Below the pieces are notes generated by a model that was given only the letters and a program-made list of their open reading frames with translations, did no database searches and was not told the DNA's origin. A DNA stretch of 63,983 nt, the filler included, from Bigelowiella natans CCMP2755 (lineage: Eukaryota; Protista; Cercozoa): NCBI GenBank assembly GCA_000320545.1. It is 6 parts of 6 records of this genome, joined end to end, with 100 filler letters (N's around TTAATTAATTAA, not from the genome) between each part and the next. Parts side by side here need not be neighbours in the genome. Positions count along the whole stretch, not along the records: positions 45,999 to 62,435 come from ADNK01001200.1; positions 62,536 to 63,983 come from ADNK01000153.1; 4 more parts are not named here. One strand, written 5' to 3'. This document shows positions 53,558 through 63,983 of this stretch, piece by piece (the stretch's first letter is position 1; the number at the start of each line of letters is the position of its first letter). Made by a program: the position numbers and the translations under genes.

Positions 53558-54157
53558 GTATTTATTTAGCGACAAAGAATTATTTATAATTCGAGAGAAA
53601 ACCCACTGCGATCTTTAACCTTCCTCGCCAACACGGCGTCAATTTTTTAACGTCCAAGTCGCAGGAGAAGAACATCATACGAATAGCCCGTTATCGAGTA
53701 ACTCACCGCTTTTGGCAACAAAGGAGAATTTTCTGCCCAGATGTTTTTCCCGCGAAAAAAAGCCGTGGAAATGGGTCCGATTTGCATGGATTTTGCACTC
53801 AAAGTGAGGGTTTACTGACAGTCGTGTCGCGGCCCCTTTGCAACTTCGTTTCCCCCTTCTCAACAAGTGTTCAGCGGTAGGTGGAAGGGGATACCCAAGT
53901 TAGTAGTTTGAGTAGTGGTTGAGATCTCAAACGCCCGAAACGCCAATCACTTTCATTCGTTTCTAACAACATTCCCGCAATCTGGAAAGTATTCTGATTC
54001 GAATGTCTCGCTTTTGCTCTTGAAGTTGGAATTCATGGGCTGGGTTTTTTCGGATTAGCTCAATTTACATCGAAACGACTTAGCCAGAGGTGACAATCTT
54101 GTGTTGATGTTGAAGGGGTACTGTCTAATTTCACTATCTTTAGGCAACATCGTGCCC

Positions 54158-55116
54158 ATGGGGTGCCGATGCAGCAAACCAGAAATAGATTCCTTTGAAA
54201 GGGAGGAACGATTCATGCTCGAACATGCTGCACAGGCAGAGAAGGTTCGCGCTCAACTCGAGAAGGCTCTCATGACCTTCTGGGAAAAGGTCTTTCATTC
54301 CCAACGAGCCTCTGCGTTGTGGCATCTAACATTCATGCGCTTAGGAGGGGGGGGACGAGTCAGAAATTTGCTATAAGTTCCACTGCAAGATCTACAAAAA
54401 CGTCGTACCAAGCCTTTCCAAAGCAAAATGGAGACAGTTAAGACTACCATCCCTCACGTCCCCAGCTTGCTAATTTCCAATCATATTTTGGCAGATACCT
54501 TACACGGAGGACACTAGACGTGATAATGAATACAGCCCATAGGAAAGGGTGAATAGTTCTCATCAAATAGATTTTGAGTGTGGTTCTAAGAGCATGTGGC
54601 ACAGGGTCTGGGATGATAAAAGCGAGCAATCGCTAAAAGACGAAGCTGGAAAATTGGTTATCCAGGTCGGTGACAGCCAATCTGAGATGGGTGATACACC
54701 GAATAAAAACATATGTTGTTTCTTCAGCATTTGCAAGCGTTGGAAGGTAAAGAATCCTCAAAGCAGTTTTGGCGCTTAATTGTTCGGGATCAAGAGACGG
54801 TACTAAATACGATCGTACAAACAATCAATCTTCCTTAATCTCTGAGGTTTCTCCCCTTACCTACAGATTTTACCCGAGAAGTACGCTACTGAGTTCTCCC
54901 AGAAGTTTAATAGCGTCTTAGAGAGCATATATCGGATTGTGGTATGCCATTCCTTAGTCTTTACAGAGCCGGAGAAACAAACTCATATGATTGAAACAAT
55001 TCTAGGTACACCACGTCATCACGTTCCATCTTCAAAATATCGTCCGAAAGGAAGAAATTACAACGCGGACCGCTCCCCCACCTCAGCCAGTGTGCACCAG
55101 CATCACAGAATGTTAA
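54158..55116 (+). CDS. N-terminally acylated (MGCRCS) helical protein; candidate divergent globin
   Basis: Six exons join in frame: MGCRCSK..LMTFWEK|EGGDESEICYKFHCKIYKNVVPSLSKAKWRQ|YLTRRTLDVIMNTAHRKG|VWDDKSEQSLKDEAGKLVIQ|HLQALEGKESSKQFWRLIVRDQETVLNTI|ILPEKYATEFSQKFNSVLESIYRIV|.. The gene itself is well supported; the globin assignment is tentative. Confidence 0.6.
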
Positions 55117-55479
55117 GAGATTTATTCCGTAGCGAGACAAAATAAGTCCGGTAAAAGTTGTGAGAATCCTGATATCACATCGAAATTTTGCATCACGATA
55201 GTAGCCACACTAGTGTCTAGAGTGTGAGCACAATGTCTCGTAATGCGTCGTCGTTTCGAGGGCGAAACATAAACAAAAATATATCATACAATCCGCATTC
55301 AGTATAGAAAGCTAAATCTAAGCTTTTAGGTCAAAATGCAATACGTCAACAAAATTTTCGTACATGCCTCTCGTACGCTGCACGTATGGAGTGAAGTGTA
55401 GTTACATATAATAAACGTTTCCTCATCATCCTCAGTGTTCTATGAACAAACATATTAGTCGATCCGATATGTCTGCCAT

Positions 55480-55870
55480 GTTCTTAGCCAGCAGCGAGTG
55501 ATGACGATGCTATTTATCAGTATGCTACATCTAGGCACATATGTAGGTGCGCTTAATCTAGTAATGCATGCAACGCAAACCAGGGTTGTTTATATATGCT
55601 AGTATGTTACAACACGCATAGCTAGATAGCGTCCAGATGCAGTTGGCATGCCCAATATTGATGCAGGTCTATGCGCCAAAATCTATGCTAGCTAGCTAGC
55701 TTCTAGAATCATGTGTGCTACGGCTGCGGAACAACAATTGACAACAATCTAGACGACAATGAGTCTCATGTTGTGCTGAGCTAAGCTGCCATATGCTAGT
55801 ATGTCATCGCACAAGCTAGCTAGCAAGCCCTGCTGCACTATAGTGCAATGCATGATGCAAAGCATAATAC
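55480..55870. other. palindromic-word-rich block between convergent 3' ends
   Basis: GCTAGCTAGCTAGC, TCTAGA and ATGCATG between the globin-like (+) and EDEM3-like (-) genes. Confidence 0.7.
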
Positions 55871-55997
55871 ATATTGCTGTATACCAGATTCCACTCGTAT
55901 TGTTTTTAACAATTATTTGCACAGGGTCGTCGCACAACAACCACAACATTATCGCATATACACATGCAGCGGTAGACTGGTCGCTGATCGTTATTCC

Positions 55998-56458
55998 TCA
56001 CACCTCTTGCACCGAAAGAAGGAACACGTTGTTCGATTCCTGCACCTAAATATTCGCCCAAAAAAAAATGTCATCATCAGATTCAGAAATTGCTCATTGT
56101 TCGGGGAAATATTCAGGCAAATGGCGTGTGCAAATGCAACGCACTATGCTGGAACCAGATGAAACGTCCACACTCAAAAAAACTTTTCGTCAACACATAC
56201 ATGAACGTGCCATCCCCCCATTGCATGATACTGGAAGGCGTCCACCTGTGAATCGTACATATATCAAACGAACAGTGGTCTCAGTGAGGAGAAAACATGT
56301 GCGCACAGTTAAGAAAGGATATAAGGTAAAAAAATATCACCTTTCCTGTCGCAGATACGACTGAACCATCTACTACGGTTCCTAGGGAGCTGCTGTTTTC
56401 CGGAGCTTTCTCATCATTACCATCAGCATCATTACTACTATTCTCGCCATCATTGCTA

Positions 56459-56493
<35 letters not shown>

Positions 56494-56647
56494 ACTACTG
56501 CCAGTGTGTTTCTTCCTTATGAATTGGAAAACTGCTGGTTGTGATGACGATGACGACGAGGAGATGTGGTCAAGCAGCTGCAAAGCTGATGCCTTTGCTA
56601 TCATCAGTGATGGAATGCTAATGGTCCTGTCACTACCGTCGCCTGAG

Positions 56648-56691
<44 letters not shown>

Positions 56692-56914
56692 GTGCGTGTG
56701 TGTGTATGTGTATGTGTGTGTGCGTGTGTGTGTATGTGTATGTGTGTGTGTGTGTGTATGTGTGTGTGTGTGTGTGCGTGTCTCGGCTGTACTACTTCTT
56801 CCTGTTGATTTCAAAACGATGCTACGACAGCATAAACGGTGGCAAAAAAAAAACTGCTATTCATCCCTCCGCGAGGAACGGTCAAAAGCTAAAATGAATT
56901 GCTATTTTCCGGAT

Positions 56915-56954
<40 letters not shown>

Positions 56955-57632
56955 ACCCACCTCCCATCATGAAGTGGAGGTTCTCCTCATTCGGCGCGGC
57001 GTTCGTATTGCCCACAACCACACCGATGGCTCCCACAGCCTGGGCATTGAGGATTTTCTGGACAAACGTGCAATCGCCACGGTCCACGTATGCAATCTGC
57101 ATAATATCCAACATGTTTAAGTTAGTGCGTCATTATCGTGGAGATCCTAGTATAGACATGATCGAATCTGCTCTATTATGAAACGCTCACAATCCTTATC
57201 CCTAGCCGTTCCCTCCCCCCGCCCCCCTCCACAATCACACACCTTGCCGTGGAGCTGATGGCCGTTCATGATCATCTCGCACGCCTCCGACGGTTCAGCC
57301 TGCAACATCAATTCATTCGCATTCGAGGACGTTTAACTGTGAGGGCGCGAGCGAGTGGGCGGTCTTTGAATGCTGCGAAAGATTGATTTTACCCTAGCGA
57401 CTGCTCCTTCCATGATGACGTGTAGCTGCGAAGAAGCTGTGTTCTTTTGTTTCCGCTGCTCGTTGTATTCGAGTTCGCAAGCTCCCGTTGTCTCCCCCCC
57501 CTCTCCTTGAAGAGCGCAATGGTTTGGTGATGATGATGATGGGATAGTAGCGGCGATATCGTGGGTGCGTTTCGCCAAGTCGCGTGATGTTGTTTCATGG
57601 CCAAACAACGCTATGGAGGCATGTAGCTCTAG

Positions 57633-57664
<32 letters not shown>

Positions 57665-57773
57665 TTGGAGCCTCTCTTATAGAATAGCTCATAACACCAC
57701 GTTTGCCGTCGATAACGAAGGCCCGCGCAGGTTCGTTTGGGACCATATTCACAAGCTCCACTGCTTGTGTGCC

Positions 57774-57811
<38 letters not shown>

Positions 57812-58026
57812 ATGACTACGATGACATTTGTTATGGTATTCCTCCTCACCAAGATTGCGGATGTGCACCACCTCGCCACCGGCGTGTTGGAGGTAAAAGC
57901 TTCCCGCCCCCACCTAGGACAACGACGGCATAGACACGACAATGATCAGATAAAAACTATGCATGATTCAATACAAAAGTAAATCAACAACATTTAACCA
58001 TCTTCCACGCCATCAGGAATATAAAT

Positions 58027-58069
<43 letters not shown>

Positions 58070-58394
58070 ATATATTGTTACTACATATTTTGAACGAAAC
58101 CCGGAAAGGTGTTGATGATAGTTATTGCTTTCAAAATCATACATCTTTTCCTAATTCGAGTTAGGATCTTCGTCCTCGGAAAGCAGAGGATCTCTACTAT
58201 GAAAGGGGGGGTGCGGGTGGGGCGACGTCCTACCTCAATATTGAGTTTCCCATGTGATAAATGCTTAGTGCTGGCACATTTCTCTTCATTCTGCGACTGT
58301 TTGTTAAGAGCGTCTGGATCATTGCTGCTGTCGGCACTGGAAGATGACCTATATCGATGACATTGCATTGATAAGCATAAAACACGACCACATA

Positions 58395-58428
<34 letters not shown>

Positions 58429-59188
58429 CTATCTGCGCGCGTAAGCGCTGGTTCTTACCCCCCCCGTCCATGACCGCGCTCGCTATTTATCCTCTCCATA
58501 ACGATATCTAAAGGAGAGGGCTGCTTCCTCGGGAGAGGGCACATCTTGTCGCCATTGGCGTCCTGAGGCAAATTGTGAAGTGGGGGGGGGGAATGCTGGC
58601 ATTAGGTTTTTTTGAAATTATCTAAAAAGGCACCGATATATGGCCTTTTCTATTGTAGCCTCATATTCTCAACGTGTACGCACTCAAAGGCTCACCATCT
58701 CTCGCTAGTTAGTATTCTCACGTTATAAGCGCCTCCATCCTCTTCTCCCCCCTCCACATCCGCGTGAAAGTTGTTTGTTCTCCCTCCATCGTGAGTCTCT
58801 TCGTAGTCGCTATCTGATGGTAATAACGTCTCGCGGAACTCATCTTGGAGGTTTTTGGGTAAGGGCAGTATATGCCCTTCAGTCCTGATTAAGGGGGGGG
58901 GGAGGGGATTACAATGATTAGTCCTGAAAAGAGAAGAAGAATCTGCTGCTGTTGTTTGTAAGACGTTGAGGTGTTAATTTCAATTGAAAACCGTTCAAAA
59001 CCGTTCAAAAACCACCCCCACCCCCCGCTTTCGCTTTTGCTTTGTTTTCTCTGGCAGCAGCAGCAGCAAGTGCGTACGTGAAGATATGATCCGTTTGGTT
59101 GTTATGATGCAGGAAGTTGTCCTCATCGAACAACAAGTACAGGTATTTGCATAGCTCCTGAGGAAGGGGAGGGGGGGGGGGATAGATA

Positions 59189-59229
<41 letters not shown>

Positions 59230-59381
59230 AGGGGGGAAAGGAAGATGGAAGGACGATATCAGAGGACGGGCATTACATTATTGCAGCAATAGCAGCAGCA
59301 GAGGCAGCCGGGAGACGTGAAGTAGTAGACGTTGCTTACTCAAGTGAGGCATTCTATTTTCACATCTACTGTTAATATATG

Positions 59382-59442
<61 letters not shown>

Positions 59443-60375
59443 TATTTATACAAAAGAGAGGAAGATGATCTACCGCGAGAAAGAAGCTGGTCATGTGATC
59501 CTCAAGCGTTTTGGCCTTGACGTCTCTCATCGACGCATAGCCGTACTTTGTGCGTGCGTGCATGTTAAGCGACTGCAGCATTTTGGCCCCCATTCGAAGG
59601 TACTTATGGCTTCCTGTGTGTTGTTTGTACATGTGCACGTGTGTTTGTTTCTATGTGTTTGTATATGCGCGTGTTATCTGTGTGTGCGGCACGGAGAAAT
59701 TATTATTCTCCTCCTCCTCCTCCTCCTCCTCCTCCTCCTCCTCCTCCTCCTCCTCCTCCCGCGATGACTCTTCTTCGCAAGATATGAATGGGTGTGTTTT
59801 ATATTGATGATATTGCTCAAGGTTTGACCACCTGTCGCCCTGTAGAGATAGTATGTGGATTCGATGATTTCAGGCCGAAGCGGGTAGTACCGCTCAGTGC
59901 TGTGAAGAACCTAAGGGAAGTGTATGGTGATGATGGTGATGATGATGATGATGATGATGATAAATAGAGGGGAGCTTAGAGAAGAAGGACGTTGGAGAGG
60001 GTAAAAGAAGAGAAAGGAGGGGGGAGAGAAGCATGATATTCCAAATCGCCTACACATCTGCTACGAATACGATGTGGAGAGCGAAAAGTTGTGATGATGA
60101 TAACGTACTCAGACGACTTTAAATACTTCATTAAAACCAACAGGCAAATACGTCAGCGCCAACCAAAAGTCACACATCTACCTGGGATTTGAGCAGATAC
60201 CGCTCAGGAAGTGCATCATACTTTAACCACACGCCAAAGAAGGCGTCCAGCGTCTCCTCAGCGGCACGAATGTCGCCGTACATAACCTGCAGCCCTGGCC
60301 AAAAGGCTTGCAAGCTATTGAATTGAATGTGCGTGGGTCTTGCAGAATGCATATCGCACTCGACGTACCTATTTA

Positions 60376-60419
<44 letters not shown>

Positions 60420-60624
60420 TGTTTATATATTATAGCAATATACACGCTTTGTACACTATTATATTTGCAACCAAGGGCCTGATTTGAGATGTCTTTGCAC
60501 GGCTGTGTACGTCTCTGAGAACATGTGGAGGAACTTCGAGTCGCCGAACATCACGTAAGCTTTGAATAAGTACCTGCAAAGTAACACATGCCGTGTCGTA
60601 TCAGCACGGATTTAATATGTGATA

Positions 60625-60664
<40 letters not shown>

Positions 60665-60909
60665 TATGTATTCTGTGAAAAATGAAGCAACAGAAGACTC
60701 ACACACACACACACACACACACATTACACTAAGAGGGGGAAGAAGGAAAGAGAGGAAGATCATGGTTATATGACGACTCATCTATTACTCGTAGAACGAA
60801 TCGATTCCAGCTCCTATTCCAGCATTACTGTTCCTCCATACCCTGACGTTTATCCACCCACCAATCAATCAATCAATCAATATCAATGCCAACAAAAATG
60901 AGCATCATT

Positions 60910-60943
<34 letters not shown>

Positions 60944-60982
60944 GGTATGTGCAATATGTGTGCATTGTCGTCGTCGTCGTCG

Positions 60983-61013
<31 letters not shown>

Positions 61014-61497
61014 CATTGATATTTATGATGTTGAATCAGCACCCTGTTTTCCCATCGAGTGTATTGCCAAACAGGCCGATGGTTGATCGTAATTTCCAAA
61101 GCCTAAAGCATAAATAATTAGCTACTAAATGAACAATAACGAGCAGTACCACCACCACCACCACCACCACCACCACCACCACCATAGCACTCATATCAAT
61201 TCATTCGAGTCATTAGCCCTTCGCACGAGAACTCGTCGTTTGTCGCTGTCTGCTGTTTGCTGTGAAGTGATATATGTGTGTGCTCTATAATGTTTATGTT
61301 CATGCTGTCATCACACCTATCGAGAGCTTGATTAGCGACGTGATAAAACACGTAGTCGCCCTGTTATGCATGCCCAACAGCAGCAATGGGAGGAGGAGGA
61401 GGAGGAGGAGGAGGAGGAGGAGGAGTCAATATGAAGCAGAAGAAACGAGATAAAGAACAAATGGAGAAAGGAAAAGAAGAAGTCGAATATATTATGT

Positions 61498-61535
<38 letters not shown>

Positions 61536-61733
61536 ATCCTTGAAATTAAGTAGAAAGACAAAACTCCCCCCTCCCTCCCCCCCCCCCTCCTTCTCTCTCT
61601 CCCTCTCTCTTACTTACAGTGTAATAGGAGAGCAGTCCGAATTCTAATATGAGGGTGCCCACCCCTGCTGTACACGTGTCGGCAACCTAATAATAGATCA
61701 TTGAGGATGATGATGATGATGATGATGATAGTC

Positions 61734-61784
<51 letters not shown>

Positions 61785-61788
61785 GAGA

Positions 61789-61823
<35 letters not shown>

Positions 61824-62321
61824 CTGTCTACTTCGTCGTTCTCCACGCCGTCGCGCAGATTCACCCACGCATAGGGAAACAGCTAAATACGATAAGGACA
61901 GCATCAAAACAAATATTAATAAGAAAAATATCATCATGAGAATCATCCAATGACAACGATAGAGGCAAAATGAGCTGCGAGTTTATCATCATCCAGAATA
62001 CCCTATTGTAGCGTTGTGAAAAGGCCTCTAGTAACCGATTTCCAAGATCGTGCGCTGTGAGGGGAAGGTGCGATATTTAGCACACACACACACACACACA
62101 CACACGCACGCACACACGCACACACGCAATAGCTTAAATATTCAATAAGACTTCAAAGAAAACAAATATAGGATATTAGAGGTCATAAGCGTCCAGTAAG
62201 TATTTACTTAAAAACTACTGCATACCGCCACTTCTCCTCCTTCTCCTCCTACTACTATTACTACCTAGTGCGAGCAACCCCCCATCGTACTCAGGCATCA
62301 TGTTTAACTTGCTGTCGGAAG
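55998..62321 (-). CDS. EDEM3: EDEM3-like ER alpha-1,2-mannosidase-like protein (GH47 plus PA domain); 5' part lost in gap
   Basis: DLGNRLLEAF, PYAWVNLRDG, TCTAGVGTLILEFG, GIGAGIDSFYE-YLFKAY, SLQAFWPGLQ, YPLRPEIIESTYYLYRAT, MTSFFLAELCKYLYLLF, FTTEGH, then the PA domain RGDCTFVQKILNAQAVGA. The 3' end is approximate. Confidence 0.92.
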
Positions 62322-62435
62322 CTAGGTGATGTGCCTGACAACCAAACACACAGCTCAGCATCAGCCCCCCTCTTTTACATGCCAAATTCATACCGTAATT
62401 CGGGGAGGGGGGGGGGTAAGAAGAGAGAGTACGAG

Positions 62436-62535
62436 NNNNNNNNNNNNNNNNNNNNNNNNNNNNNNNNNNNNNNNNNNNNTTAATTAATTAANNNNNNNNN
62501 NNNNNNNNNNNNNNNNNNNNNNNNNNNNNNNNNNN
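62436..62535. other. assembly gap with TTAATTAATTAA spacer
   Basis: Same N44-spacer-N44 structure. Confidence 0.98.
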
Positions 62536-62585
<50 letters not shown>

Positions 62586-62682
62586 TTTTGTGTGTGTGTG
62601 TGCATATCCAGTGATTATTAGCAGCAGCTGCAGCAACAAACAACAAGAACAACATCGAAAACCTACGCACAAAAATTTATAT

Positions 62683-62726
<44 letters not shown>

Positions 62727-62739
62727 ACATACACACAAT

Positions 62740-62851
62740 TGTATTACTGGTGCCCTTTCCCTCTCCACGTAGGCGTGCAGCTCCATCTGTGCCTGCGCGT
62801 ACGTCTTCAAAGCACTCACCTTGATACTTCTCCTTCATCCTTGTCTTTGTG

Positions 62852-62883
<32 letters not shown>

Positions 62884-63158
62884 CATTACCCTCAATATCA
62901 TCGCCACCATTATCATACGTCTCTCTCACAGCTTTCTTTGTTGTCGGTTGTGTTTGTATCTGTGTGCGGTTGTGGTTGCTTGCGGGCAGTTGGGAATCGA
63001 CTGTTTTGGTGTGGATTCTGGTAATCATCCCGATGCATTCTTGCCGCACCGTTACAAAAAGATGTTGTGCCCGAAGACAAATACAAAACCTGCAATTGTA
63101 AGTCTGCACGTATGTACACACACATATGACTATATGCATTTATTGAAAAATATTTTTG

Positions 63159-63213
<55 letters not shown>

Positions 63214-63485
63214 TGCTTGTTTGCGTAATGTCCAAAGGTTCGGCCGTTCTTTTGCCTGTGCTACGGGTCTTGTGTACGGGTGACCATTCGTGATTCATGT
63301 TTGCTTGATCACGGAGTCATACAAGAGCGTGTGTATGTGTGTGTGTGTATGTGTGTGTGTGTGTGTATCCTTGCAGTTTATTTGGAACTCGAAATAGAGA
63401 GCGCAGTCGCCATTTGCACCATTTGTTTATCAGCATATGTGCTCTCTCGTCGTTTGATATGCTGTGCTATGGTGGTGGTGGTGGC

Positions 63486-63521
<36 letters not shown>

Positions 63522-63579
63522 GTCGGTAGATCTGGTGCCCGTCAGCGGAGTTTCTCCGTGTCCACGCTTGCGTTCCATG

Positions 63580-63612
<33 letters not shown>

Positions 63613-63840
63613 ATATCTACTGAAATACTTCAAAATACTACAAATGATGCTGCTGCTGCTGCTGCGGCTTTGATGCTGTTCCTTTACGTTCATTTATCTT
63701 ACCTTATCGATGTATGATAACATGAATCATAGGCTGTGAGGCAACACAGCATTTCTGCGTTCTTCTCGGAGATGCTTGTAACATCATCTGCACCGCGATT
63801 CACGGCAACTGCCTCGTGCCAAGTCAGTGCTGCTGCTTGC
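62740..63840 (-). CDS. internal fragment of an unrecognised multi-exon gene
   Basis: Open segments such as VSALKTYAQAQMELHAYVERERAPVIQ and an acidic stretch, separated by microsatellite-rich introns. Not GH47-like. Confidence 0.35.
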
Positions 63841-63983
63841 AACATTAGCAGAGAGAGAGAGGGGGGGGGGGGGGAAAGGGAGGGGGGGAGGGACGAAGAA
63901 GGGAGGAGGAGGAGGAGGAGGAGGAGGAGGAGGGAGGACGACGGGGGGAAAATGGCTATGTTATATATAATGATTTCTGAGCG

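Noticed and set aside
6964-62321. Apparent clustering of endomembrane/ER genes (TMEM222, TMX3, Sec16, OCRL-like, ATG14-like, EDEM3)
   Set aside because: A large functional class, interspersed with unrelated genes and separated by gaps of unverified adjacency.

Overview
Eukaryotic (protist-like) nuclear genomic sequence from a draft assembly. It is intron-rich, full of microsatellites, and broken by five 100-bp N gaps that each carry a TTAATTAATTAA spacer. Most ORFs in the six-frame track are spurious, so genes were reconstructed by hand by joining GT..AG-bounded exons. Recognisable genes: two tandem 7TM/GPCR-like paralogues, an NZF/RanBP2-type zinc-finger protein, TMEM222/RTE1-like, DTD1, a TMX3-like PDI, RPL24, a divergent Ser/Thr kinase with a probable signal peptide, a PP2C phosphatase, a tropomodulin-like LRR protein, a Sec16-like C-terminus, an ABCC/MRP transporter, an OCRL/INPP5B-like 5-phosphatase, an ATG14/UVRAG-like protein, a candidate N-acylated globin and an EDEM3-like mannosidase, plus several hypothetical genes. 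The most striking unexplained signal is non-coding. A 0.3-1 kb block packed with self-complementary words (GCTAGC/(TAGC)n, TGCA, CATG, TCTAGA) follows every gene 3' end visible in the window and is absent from divergent promoters and introns, which suggests a termination or chromatin-boundary code. Family assignments rest on motif recognition by eye; no searches were run. Exon boundaries are inferred, and the organism is not identified. An alga with a secondary plastid, such as a chlorarachniophyte, is a guess only.
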